The position numbers and the translations under genes are program-made. Of a DNA stretch of 64,000 bases, positions 1 to 12,535 are shown piece after piece (positions within the stretch are counted from its first letter, which is position 1; each line of letters starts with the position of its first letter). The notes under the pieces were generated by a model. That model was not told the DNA's origin, searched no databases, and saw only the letters and a list, made by a program, of their open reading frames with translations. Source of the stretch: Octopus sinensis (lineage: Eukaryota); NCBI RefSeq assembly GCF_006345805.1, contig NC_043001.1, positions 2,356,001 to 2,420,000 on the forward strand. The letters are read 5' to 3'.

Positions 1-1624
1 TTTCGGACCAGAGGAAAGAAAACAGGAAAGTACTAGTAATTCCTTTTGATCATCCATCTCCTGCAAAAGAAGAGGTAATGCACTTCCGGACAGAATGTCT
101 AAAGTTACCATTGGTAACTTTCTCACTTGTTATACGTCAAAGCAAATGATATAATGCTCAACAATATAAAATATAATTGCTCAATGTCTTTTAGAGTATG
201 CTTATTTCCAACTTATACACAACTAACCAGTAATACACACATGCATGTTTATATGTGTGTGAGTGTATGTAGATATACATGTGGTACGCTGTCTCTGTGT
301 TCCTCAAAGAGAATCGGGTGGTGATAGCATTCTAAACAATACAATTCTGAGTCAAACTGCACTCCTTTTCTCAGATGACAACCATCTGAGTCAGGTCTTT
401 CTGCACAATCTTCTTTCATCGTCGGAATTTAATATCTGTCTTCTGATGCAATAAGCTATGTTCATGGTGGCACATAATCGGGGTGGCTTATATTTATGGT
501 GAATTATAGTAATTCTTTTGTCACTTTGACTTTGTGAGGTGCAACAACTTGAGATATCAACATCTCTCCCCCCACACCTCTTCTTTCCTCCTCGTTGTTC
601 TACAGTCAGCAGAGAACACTTACTTTTTAAGCCAGTATCTCATACTCTATTCACATTTCAATATCAATTTCATTGCAAAGATCTCTCTTGCATAAATCGG
701 TTGGAGCTGTTAATGCTCAAATGCTCTCTCTCATCTCACTTGTGACTTGTGCTCCATCTTTCGCAGAGGTTAACATAGCAGATTCAATGATACATACCCA
801 AATCATTTCTCTTCAGCCGATGCGAATATACATTCAACATTTAATACCCGTGTTTCATTACTATGCAACATCAAACTTCTCGCATATAGTTCCTACATTA
901 TGTACATTACATACATACACAATTACATGTAGATATACATACATGCTTACATGTAGACATACACAGATGTAAGTGCGGTATGACTGAATGGTTTTGAAGG
1001 TCGTAATTTCGCTTCACTACCACAAGGTCTGGAGTTCGATATGACTTGGGCCAATGTCATGTCCTATAGCTTCGAGTCAACTGATGCGTTGTGTTGGAAA
1101 TAGGGGTGGCAGAAACCTTTTAAAAGGTCGTGGATTGGGTTGTAACTTTTTTCTTAGATTGTGTCGTGTGTTTCTGTTTGAGAATTGCATTGAAGGTAAA
1201 TATGTCTGTGTGATCCTCAACTGATTCCATGTTAATTCTGGAACAGGTAATCGAGTTGATAGAATCCGGGAATCCTCAAAGTCAAATGAAGGAGACCCAT
1301 CACCGAGGAAGTAGAAGTATCTGGATGTTAAAGAACAGATAAATTACTGGTAAAAATATGAAGAGATAAATTTCGGAGATACAACACAATATTAATCACA
1401 TTAAATATAAAGAGAACCAAATTCTGATGTAAAGATTTTCGCACCTGGCCAGCAAGTTTGTGGAAGGGGGTAAGTCGATTAAATCAACTCCAGCGTTCAA
1501 CCGTTACTTATTTTATCGATTCCAAAATGATGAAAGGTAAAGTTGTCCTTGATGGCATCTGAACTCAAAAATTGTAAAGACAGAAAGAATTCTGCTTCGC
1601 ATTTTTCCCAATGTGGATTCTTTT

Positions 1625-2203
1625 CTTTTATAGGCACAAGGCCTGAAATTTGGGGGAGGGGTATAGTCGATTACATTGACCCTCACTACTGAACTGGTAC
1701 TTAACTTATCGATCCAGAAAGGATGAATGGTAAAGTCTACCTCGGTGGAATTTGAATTCAGAACGTAGCAACAGGCGAAATACCTATTTCTTTACTACCC
1801 ACAAGAGGCTAAACATACAGGGGACAAACAAACACAAGCAAAGGGATTAAGTTGATTACATCGACCCCAGTGCGTAACTGGTACTTAATTTATCCACCAC
1901 GAAAGGATGTAAGGCAAAGTCGACCTCGGCAGAATTTGAACTCAGAACATAACGGCAGGCAGACGAAATACCTATTTCTTTACTACCCACAAGGGGCTAA
2001 ACACAGAGGGGACAAACAAGGACAGACAAACGGATTAAGTCGATTACATCGACCCCAGTGCGTAACTGGTACTTAATTTATTGACCCCGAAAGGATGAAA
2101 GGCAAAGTCGACCTCGGCGGAATTTGAACTCAGAACGTAACGGCAGACGAAATACAGCTATGCATTTCGCCCGGCGTGCTAACGATTCTGCCAGCTGGCC
2201 GCC
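1625..2203 (-). mobile_element. tRNA-derived SINE (family B), trimeric array with one tRNA head and three bodies
   Basis: Minus strand starts GGCGGCCAGCTGGCAGAATCGTTAGC (A-box-like) and has B-box GAGTTCAAATTCC. The body repeats about every 190 bp, joined by TTGTGGGTAGTAAAGAAATAGG. Same family at 27435, 42265, 56745, 63448. Confidence 0.85.
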
Positions 2204-2399
2204 TCTAGACAACCAATTATTAACCACGTGATGATTGCTTATTGGAAAGAAGACAAAAAATTGTATTTATGGATGAAATAAATCCCCGTTTTCAAACGGC
2301 AAATAATGAACATATATAAAAGGTATGTGTCTGGAGTAAAGTAGATGGGAGTCTTTGGCCTTGTTAGACAATTTCTTTAATATTGGTGCTGCGTCAACT

Positions 2400-3000
2400 G
2401 CGCTCAGTACCTGGTTTATGGTGGTTGGTAATAGGTAAGACATTATTAGGTAAGTACAGAAGCAACGGTGTAAGCAGCAAAGATAATAGTCTTTCCCTTG
2501 ATACTTTGTGTGCAAGTTGATAAAGGTATCTGAGGATTTGTCTCTTCTGAATATGGAAGGAGGACTTGTGGTCCTTCAATCTGATTCTGAAAGGACCTCC
2601 TCTTGCATACACTTACTTCCCCGCATTTTTATGTCCCTTGGAGATCATCGTCATCACCCCATTCTCATATAAAACGGTCTCTGTGTCATTAAGAGGACAT
2701 GTGGAAGTGCCTCTGTCTCAGGTATGGGTCTACCTACTAATAGTTTCTTCATACTTGGCGTATAGCTTAAAGAAGCTCTTATAATATGTCTTGGCTTGGA
2801 AGAAAAGCACCTTGGATTATAAGATCAAACGCAGACTGCTCATGAATTGCAAGCCTTACTTCAACTGTAGCTGGAAGTGCAGGACACATCTAGCTGAGAA
2901 AAGAACTATCATAAAGAACTCACCTCATCTGGACACCAACCTAACTCTGCCAGAACGAGCTTTTCTGCTTACGCCCACATTAAAGGAAGTATGTGATTGA
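2400..3000 (-). mobile_element. Heavily decayed PLE GIY-YIG region
   Basis: Broken minus-strand peptides CPLNDTE and FRIRLKDHKSSFH resemble the CPLxGxC and FKxRxxNHxxSF motifs of PLE endonucleases. Confidence 0.4.
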
Positions 3001-3884
3001 TTACCTATATTCATAAACCTTAGATTTCCTCATCACCATAAACTGCGAGTCCAACACAGTATTGACCACACTCAACCACACACATATAAATGCTCATATG
3101 CATATATATCCACACAGAGGTTTAAGATTTGGGCATCCGCACCATGCCCTCCTTCCCTGCTGACACCATACTGGCCAGACCCGAACCCCAGTTTGCCGGC
3201 AATTGCACCTTTAGGTTTTTCTTTGAATAATGAACATCTTGATGGAGCACACCACTGATTGTCTCATACAGGTTCGTTCCATCTTTTTCACAAAGAATGC
3301 TAAGAAGTCTAATATCTTTAGCATATTTCATCGTTATCTAATATATTCCTATTGTATCGACATCAGTCAAAAACTTAATGGTACTCGTTTATTAATTTTA
3401 AAATCAATAGAATTATTTCAAATGTTGTAGCAGAACATGTAAAGCTTATTGTTCATTCAACTAAACATCATACCAACAATGTTTTCCAGGGCCGGAATAA
3501 GTAATGTTATTCAGTGCAAATAATCAACTGCAAAACATATTCCTGGAATTCCAGAATCTTTTTGTGCTTTGTAGCCGTTATGGCATCGGAAAAACTGAAA
3601 ATTAATGTCTCAAGAATTAATCTATTTAAATATTGAAATAGTTCTAAATTGTTTCACTTTTTCTTCTTATGGATTAACTCTACTTTGTATGCCATGAAAT
3701 AAACAAGTTTTAAAATGCACAAAGAATTTACAATAACCTAGTATGTGTGTGCGTGTGTGTTTGCGTGCATATGTACGCCTGTACATGCATGCATGAATAT
3801 ATGTGTGTATGTACTTGTGGTAATGCATATGTATATATTTATATATATGTTTCAACTTATCCATCTATCTATTTGTCCACCAAT

Positions 3885-4410
<526 letters not shown>

Positions 4411-4574
4411 TATGTATGAATGTGTGTGTGAATTTTTCTGTCTGTCTCTCTTTCTCTCTCTCTCCCACCAAGATATATGACAGATTACTGTACTTGAGAA
4501 GATACAGGCACCACAAGAGGATTGAAATCCTAAAATCAAGGTGCCATCTAAAAAGTACCCAGTACACTCTGTAA

Positions 4575-4735
4575 AGTAGTTTGGGCTAAAAAGGGTATCC
4601 AGCTGCAGAAACTAAGCCAAAACAGATGATGGAACCGGGTGTTGACCCTGGCCTTGTTAGTTCCTTTCAAGCCATCCAGCCCATACCAACATGGAAAACG
4701 ATCGTTAAATGTTGTTGATGATGATTATAGGATGA
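4575..4735 (+). mobile_element. Degenerate copy of the RTE-type 3' tail
   Basis: AAGGGTATCCAGCTGCAGAAAC...CCATACCAACATGGAAAACGATCGTTAAATG plus (GAT)n; matches 16325-16535 and the RTE 3' end at 31150. Confidence 0.6.
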
Positions 4736-4879
4736 GGGTGTACATATAACGGGAAAGAGTGAGGGAGAGATAGAGAGAGCGAGAGAGAAAGAGGGAGGAT
4801 AGAGAGAGAAATACTCGTAAAACTTAAGGAATCTCAATCCCTGACTTGCAGAGAAATCCTCACTATGAATGGGAACACA

Positions 4880-5560
4880 CAAACAGAAATATTCCATTCC
4901 TAGTCACCCATAACCCCAAAAACCTCAACATTTTACTTTTGGTGAAACAATAAATTCTGCTCTTAATATCAAATTTAAAATATTTGAAGAGTCACCTGTT
5001 AATAACAGCTGTAGAGCAGCCACCAAATGTTAAAATATGTTTCAAAATATGAAATTTACATAAGAGATGAATTAATGTAGGTAACAAACCATGAAGTCCC
5101 TCACTGTTGGATGTTTCAATTAAATGAAGATAATAAAACAAAATTGGAAAATGGGAAAGAAATTGAAGGTGAATCCAAAACTAAACTGCCAAATGAAACT
5201 TATTATTTACTGCTTCATACATTCACAATGCAATGAAAATTAGATAAGCAAAACAGGTTAGAAATTAATAGAGTGGGTCAGGGTTCATAAGCAAGACATC
5301 AATGATCCTAACTACGTATCTGTTTGAAATATTTTATAAAGTGAACAAAAAAAAAGAATCAGTTATAGAAGAATAAAGAAGAATACATAATGAGAATTCA
5401 AAATCCAAAACCAAATCCGAAATCGTGAAGAACACTTCTAAAAACTACTTGCAAATAAATTACCTTACAACATGTGTGTTTGAGGAACTGAAAATAGACA
5501 AAAGTGCATACATAAAGTCTGTAATTAGTTTTTATTTTCCCCAGACAATATAATAATACA
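4880..5560 (+). mobile_element. Decayed PLE, RT thumb to GIY-YIG
   Basis: Peptides IPFLVTHNPKN and LNCQMKLIIYCFIHSQCNEN*ISKTG*KLIEWVRVHKQDINDP, with stops and frameshifts. Confidence 0.65.
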
Positions 5561-5989
5561 ACATAATAATTTTTTTTTAAATATGTCTATAGCAAGAAAA
5601 TTTTATAAAAAATTTCATTAAAATCTTCTGAAATATATATATATATATATATATATAAATACATATACATATATAAAAAGACATATATATATATATTTCA
5701 GAAGATTTTAATGAAATATATAACCACTGAACCTGGAGCTTAACTATGGTCTATCATCCATAGCACTTACTCAGCATTACCTGACACCTTTCGGTCTTAG
5801 TGACTCCATTACCTCTCATAACCTCCATTTCTCGCGATTATAAGCTCTTGTCTCAGGTAAAGCTTCAGCAGCGATTAAATAATTCCCTGGCATTTCTCTT
5901 CGTAGCCTTCGTTTTTTAGCTCATTGTGAAAATTTTTTTTTTATTCATACATACATATTTATACATACATTTATATATGTATACATACA

Positions 5990-6008
5990 CACATGCATAA
6001 TACATACT

Positions 6009-6051
<43 letters not shown>

Positions 6052-6346
6052 GTATGCATGCATGTGTGTATGTATGTATGTATGTATATGTATGTATGTA
6101 TGTATGTATGTGTGTATTTATGTATGTATGTATGTATGTGTGTGTGTATGTATGTATGTATGTATGTATGTATGCATGCATGCATGTATGTATGTATGTA
6201 TGTATGTATGTATGTATGTGTGTGTATGTATGTATGTATGTATGTATGTGTGTGAGTGTATGTATGTATGCATGCATGCATGCATGTATGTATGTATGTA
6301 TGTATGTATGTATGTATGTATGTATGTATGTATGTATGTATGTATG
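5990..6346. repeat. (ATGT)n/(TA)n compound microsatellite
   Basis: Directly visible. Confidence 0.97.
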
Positions 6347-7513
6347 AATGTATAAAGCTCCTGTCACATATGAGCTGTAGGTAAACAAAGAGTCTTCATT
6401 TGGGAGGGAACAAAAAAGTGTAAATTATCGTCAGCCAAGAAACTATCAAACACAGCCGACTGGTTCAGTGTTTATATACAACTTTCACCCACTTATTAGT
6501 CGATGTTGTTTCCTAGTTTCCTTAGTCTTTGGTTTATTATTGTGCTCTTTTATTTTGGCTTTGGTTTGCCGATTCTTTTGGCTTCTTATTCTGATTCTTT
6601 TGCTTGGAATGTGACAATTTAGTCATTGTTAAAATTTATAAATTTAGAAATTGTTCAACATTGTCCTGTTTTTATATTAAAACAATTATTGTTTGCATCT
6701 CTTACATTCTATCAAACCCACAAACACACAAACAAACCTTCTCTCTATTTCTTTGTCTTTCTGTTTTCTTTCCGTCTTTCTCTTTCCCCCCATCTCTCAT
6801 TCTGTGAGTTTCATGTAACCTTGTAACTAATACAAGTCCACACACACAGAGCATACAATCAGAAATTCCCAGACTTATACATACACATATTCGCACAAAT
6901 ATACACCTTAACACTTGGCAAAATTCATGTTTACACATAGAAAACGCACATTTTGCTCTCAAACAATAAGTGAGAAAAATAAATTTTAAATTAAATAGAA
7001 AATAAAGAAAAAAAAATGTTTGTCTCACTTACACAAAACATAAAATTCAAAAACAAAATAATGCAGTAAACAACAACATCAACAAAAATAACAATAAAAA
7101 TAATGTTTAAAAATGTTAATATTAATAATAAAAAATAGCCGAAAAAAAACAACAACAGTAATAGTGATAATAATAATGATAACAATAGTAATAACAACAA
7201 TAATAACAAGAAAAAGAAATGAAGGAAATATAAAAAAACAAAAAAGATGCTGGGAAATATTGATTTTGATTTCTGTCTGCAAAATAAAGAAATAAAAAGT
7301 GAAACATAAAAAGAATTCACTAAATTAACACACACATACACACACAAACAAAGAAACAAACACGTACACACGTACACACTCATACGCAAACCAATGTTCA
7401 TATACACATACATACGCAATGATACATAAATACAGCTATCATAAAAAAATCACTTGAAAATCAAACGAGTTCACATACATATATACATCTCTCTCTCTCT
7501 CTCTCTATCTATA

Positions 7514-7575
<62 letters not shown>

Positions 7576-8490
7576 GATATATATATATATATGTGAGTGT
7601 ATGTGTGTGTATGTATATATATACATACATACATACACACACATATATATTATACATTGCATACATACATGTAGATGTGTGTGTGATATGGTATGTTCTT
7701 CGTCTAGATATAACTTTTTACCTGTTAATCAGGCGTACATTGAAGTGTAGGTCCATGTGGTACCTTCATCAGCGGAAGTGCAGAGAGCATTATAAATGTG
7801 CTTGCACAGAAGCCTAAGATGTACGGAAATGACTGAAATACCACAAACACAAATAATTTCTATTTTTTATGAAGCTTAACACAATTAGAATTCTCTTTGG
7901 AATTTTCTGGATGAAAGTATCACAAAATGTGGATTTTAAATTCCTTATATCATAAACATATATTGATTACCATTAATATATATAGTTTGTGGCAACAGTA
8001 TATTATTTATCCCTCCCATCATCCATCTGGCCATCCATATGTGTGTGTGCGTATGTGCATGTGTGTGTGTGTTTGTATAGGTGCAGGCATGGCTACGTGG
8101 GAAGAGGTTTACTTCATAAATATATTGTTTCAGGATCAATTCTACTTCGTGACACCTTTTTCTAGTGATTTGTACCGTAGTTTCAGGAGAACCAAAGCCT
8201 TGAAAGTGAATTTGGTTGACAAACACTAAAACCTCATTCTATAAAGCTTTGACTTGTTCCAGTCATCAAACTGTGGCGATGTCTTGAAGTATTTCAGTTC
8301 AATGAAGAGCTGCCAGTACACTTTTTAAAATTTCTTTAAACTTGACACTTGTTTTATCACCCTTTTTTGCTCAGCCTCTAAGTCATGGCGATGTGAGTAT
8401 ATCAACAGCAGCTGTTGAGCAGTGACAGGGGACAAATACAGACACAAAGGCACACTCACACAAACCCCTACACAGAAACACACACACACG

Positions 8491-8543
<53 letters not shown>

Positions 8544-8544
8544 A

Positions 8545-8722
8545 ATGAATGACTGAATTATCCTTCGTTTACCTTTAAGATGGAAATTCAATAAACAATT
8601 ACCATGGTAGCAAAATTCACGCAAGTAACAAGGATGTAGCGACCTATTCAAAGGTAGAAACTCCGGGTTAATGTGCAGTAATTTGTGTAGTGTAAGTAAA
8701 TAAATAAATGGAGTCTATTTAT
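8545..8722 (-). mobile_element. 3' fragment of HHR family H3 element, without the HHR
   Basis: Reverse complement of about 48835-48995; shares AAGGTAGAAACTCCGGGTT with 50490 and 60550. Confidence 0.75.
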
Positions 8723-8734
8723 TTACTTATATAT

Positions 8735-8777
<43 letters not shown>

Positions 8778-9000
8778 TCAATATAGGGAGGCAAAAAAAA
8801 TTTTGTAGAATTCTTTTGCCCCCAGCGGCCTAGTGGGAAAAAATTAAATAGTCATAAACCATTTTTAAGTTCAATATCACAATCAAGGAACGACCATAAT
8901 AGGCCATTCACCCACTAGAAATAACAGCCAAAAAGCTTCAACCGCAAAATAACATTAATTCTGTAAACCAGGAGAAAATTAAAAAAACATTTACCCTGAA

Positions 9001-9107
9001 ATTCCTTATACGATGCACCGTTTCGTCTACTGTTTAGTGGTAAACTAACCTGATTAAATTAAATCAAGCCAATCTACCATAGGCCCTTAGATTCATCAGT
9101 AAGGAAT
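9001..9107 (-). ncRNA. Type I hammerhead ribozyme motif (H1, copy 1)
   Basis: Minus strand: ATTCCTTA-CTGATGA-long stem II-GAAAC-GGTGCATC-GTA-TAAGGAAT. Confidence 0.8.
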
Positions 9108-9237
9108 AGCCAAATCGGAACAGATATTTTTCACGAGGCATTCACGTCCATGCCTCGCCAATATCTGACCTAAAATTTTCAAATCGTCGCACTCGCGACG
9201 TGAATGCCTCGTGAAAAATATCTGTTCCGATTTGGCT

Positions 9238-9342
9238 ATTCCTTACTGATGAATCTAAGGGCCTATTGTAGATTGGCTTGATTAATTTAATCAGGTTAGT
9301 TTACCATTAAACAGTAGACGAAACGGTGCATCGTATAAGAAT
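9238..9342 (+). ncRNA. Type I hammerhead ribozyme motif (H1, copy 2)
   Basis: CTGATGA 9246-9252, GAAAC 9320-9324, GTA 9333-9335. Single-base deletions in stems I and II relative to the other copies. Confidence 0.7.
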
Positions 9343-9724
9343 TCAGGGTAAATGTTTTTTTAATTTTCTCCTGGTTTACAGAATTATGTTATTTTGCGGT
9401 TGAAGCTTTTTGGCTGTTATTTCTAGTGGGTGAATGGCCTATTATGGCCGTTCTTGATTGTGATATTGAACTTAAAAATGGTTTATGACTATTAATTTTT
9501 TCCCACTAGGCCGCTGGGGGCAAAAGAATTCTACAAAATTTTTTTTGCCTCCCTATATTGATTAATTATGAATTTTCTGGTTAGTTCCGTAATGGAATCG
9601 GCGGCTTATATTTATTTGCTGCCGATAAATTTGGCGCGAGTGCGACGATTTGAAAATTTTAGGTCAGATATTGGCGAGGCATGGACGTGAATGCCTCGTG
9701 AAAAATATCTGTTCCGATTTGGCT

Positions 9725-9831
9725 ATTCCTTACTGATGAATCTAAGGGCCTATGGTAGATTGGCTTGATTTAATTTAATCAGGTTAGTTTACCATTAAAC
9801 AGTAGACGAAACGGTGCATCGTATAAGGAAT
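9725..9831 (+). ncRNA. Type I hammerhead ribozyme motif (H1, copy 3)
   Basis: Stem I ATTCCTTA/TAAGGAAT (8 bp). CTGATGA 9733-9739, GAAAC 9808-9812. Stem III ACG/CGT around GTGCAT. Predicted cleavage after GUA at 9823. Extended stem II: TCTA/TAGA, ATGGTAGA/TTTACCAT, TTGGCTTGATT/AATCAGGTTAG. Confidence 0.85.
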
Positions 9832-9951
9832 TTCAGGGTAAATGTTTTTTTAATTTTCTCCTGGTTTACAGAATTAATGTTATTTTGCGGTTGAAGCTTT
9901 TTGGCTGTTATTTCTAGTGGGTGAATGGCCTATTATGGCCGTTCCTTGATT

Positions 9952-10088
<137 letters not shown>

Positions 10089-10286
10089 CGTGTAAAATCC
10101 AGGGATGGTGGTGTAGGAAGAAAATTAACTTCAAGCAATCTTTAATAAAAATAAAAACAATTTCAGGGGCAAAATTGGTTTATTGAGTTGGGATGTTGTC
10201 GATGTTTTTCGTATTGAGAATCTGCTTGCTATGAAATATCTGTAGTCTGGATTTTGTCTACTCCATCCCTTAACTATTCTTCACAT

Positions 10287-10324
<38 letters not shown>

Positions 10325-10344
10325 GTATATGTATATGTATATCT

Positions 10345-11082
10345 GTACCACACTATTTGAATGAAAATCAGAAAATGCGCAGATACGAAATTTGCTCATC
10401 GCTTCTCTGTAAGCGGACCGATCCATTTCTCGACCGATGAAAAGTGTATTCTGTACAATAATAGAAAACGTTCTTCGCAGTGGTTTGACCAAAATGAAGC
10501 ACTGAAAACCTTCCCAAAACGCGAGATTTTCAAAAAGAGGGTTATGGTAAATGTTCATTGGTGTTCTGCTGAACTCATTCTCTACAACTTCTTATAACTC
10601 AGAATAACCATTACTGCAGAAACATATTGCCATGAAATTGCCAAAATGAATAAAAAAACTCCTACTCCTCCGTCCCAGACTGGTCAACAGAAGAGGACCA
10701 TTCATTTTTTCATGACAATGCTCGACCACACGTTTCACTAATGACGTCCCAGAAGTTGAGGGAACTTGGTTACGAAGTTCTTCCCCACTCAGCTTATTCC
10801 CCAGACCTTTCTTCTACCAACTACCACGTTTTCAATCACCTTGATGGTTTCCTGTGGGAGAAGGAGTTCAATAATTAATACGATGTTGAAAATGCGTTCA
10901 GTTCATCAGCTTCAGAACTCCATATTTTTATGTTACCCGAACAAACCAACTTGTAACTCATTGGCAAAAATGTGTTGATTGTAATGGTACTTACTTTGAT
11001 GAATAAAATTTCCACATTGTTGAAAGATATTGTGTTGAATTTCATGTTTTAAAACGTTGCTTACTTTTTATTCAACCTGATA
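10345..11082 (+). mobile_element. 5'-truncated mariner transposase relic with right TIR
   Basis: Peptides VPHYLNENQKMRR, DEKCILYNN, FHDNARPH, LPHSAYSPDLS, WQKCVDCNGTYFDE*. Ends TTACTTTTTATTCAACCTGA followed by TA. Confidence 0.93.
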
Positions 11083-12535
11083 GTAAATGTTTTGAATAGG
11101 ATTTGATTGGTAGAGGAGAGTCATATGACTGGTCTTAGAAAGTTTTGTAGGTTCCCCGCTACGTCCGTGTGTTAGTATCAAGTGACAATGTTTGGCGTCG
11201 TAAGGTAAGGTTGACACGGTTGACTGAAAATATCGCCAAAATCAATGCTCTGAATGTTTTCTGTCAAGTGTTTGTAGAAAATGAACACATGACTAAGTTT
11301 ATAACCTTTTGTTCGTTTCCCGCTACGACTATGCGTTAGTATCACGTGACAGCATATTTTGCGCCTAAAAAGAAGGCTGACACAGTTACGGGAACATGTT
11401 TAGTTATAATCAAGACAGACCAAATTTAATCTGTCTGGTGGGAGAGTGGACTGGAGTCGTTTTTATGTAGTCCAGTGGCTAAATTTTAGTTTGTTAGCTG
11501 TGTAGGTTCCTTATGATAAATGGCAGAATGAGTTTTGTGTGTGAATAATTTTTTTGTGTATATGTGCTCTGTTAAAGTTTAAGTCTTAGGTTGAAATTTT
11601 GTATGAAAATATTTTCTTTGTTTATCCGTACTTCATTTGTGACATTCTCTGAACATAGGTAAAATGGGAAAACTTGGAATTTAGGGGACTTATTTTTGCA
11701 CATATGTCTATGTGTCCACTCTGTGGAATGTGTCTAGTACTGGGGTCTCATATTTGTTGTCGGTGAATGGTCACTCTATTTCTTAGAGTAAGCTTTGTTT
11801 GACCTATGTATTTTTTATTACATCCTTGACATTTGATAGCATATATTAAATTCCTTGAAGAATATGTAAAGTGATTTTTACGCTAAAAATCTGTCCTGAT
11901 TTGAATTTGTATGTTGTGTCTTGAATAACGTTGATGGAGGTCCCGCAGTCGGGGCAGCCACACTTTTTGACTGTTGGTGTAGTAATTATGGAAGTTAATT
12001 TAGCACTTGTGAGGAATTTTTTGAGGGACTTTGATTGTATTTTATGTTTGATTACTTTATGTACTTCGAATGATTCTTTCATTCTTGGGTCTTGTTTTAG
12101 TAGTGGCATGTTCTAGTGGATAATATTGTAAACCTCTGTGTTTCTTGGGTGTTGTGATAAAGGGTAGATTTTTGGATATATCTGGAGCGTTTTTCGTTTT
12201 TCATAGTTCTTCGATATTTATTGCTTTGGCACATTCTATTCCGTTGTCTATTAGCATTAATGGATATTGTCTTTTAAGTAGTACCTGTTTTAGTTCTTGG
12301 AGTCTTTTATTGCGAATTTCAGGATTTTAGACAATTGTGAAAATTCTTCTTGCTAGATTAAAAGGGATATTATTGATTGGACATGTTCAGCCAATCGTGT
12401 CAGTATTAACTTACGACGCCAAATGTTATCACTTGATACTAACACACAGACGTAACGGGATAGCTACAAAACTATCTAAGATCAATCATGTAACTATCTT
12501 CTACCAACAAAATCCTATTCAAAACATTTACTAAT
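11081..12535 (-). mobile_element. 5'-truncated PLE (RT thumb plus GIY-YIG) with inverted terminal segments
   Basis: Peptides KRLQELKQVLLKRQYP, KKCGCPDCGT and SSRNLIYAIKCQGCNKKYIGQTKLTLRNRVTIHRQQI. About 11081-11235 is inverted at about 12380-12535. Confidence 0.88.

Noticed and set aside
1080-1322. Open minus-strand frame of about 80 codons after a plausible acceptor (YFYFLGDGSPSF...)
   Set aside because: No recognisable domain and no partner exons; needs BLASTX or RNA-seq.
3122-3331. 69-aa minus ORF in complex sequence
   Set aside because: No family recognised and splice signals are weak.
5777-5860. TTACCTGA/TCAGGTAA-closed stem with a GAAA
   Set aside because: No CUGANGA core in the right register; simple hairpin.
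7720-8400. Exon-like stretches with AG/GT signals
   Set aside because: All frames between the best splice sites contain stops.
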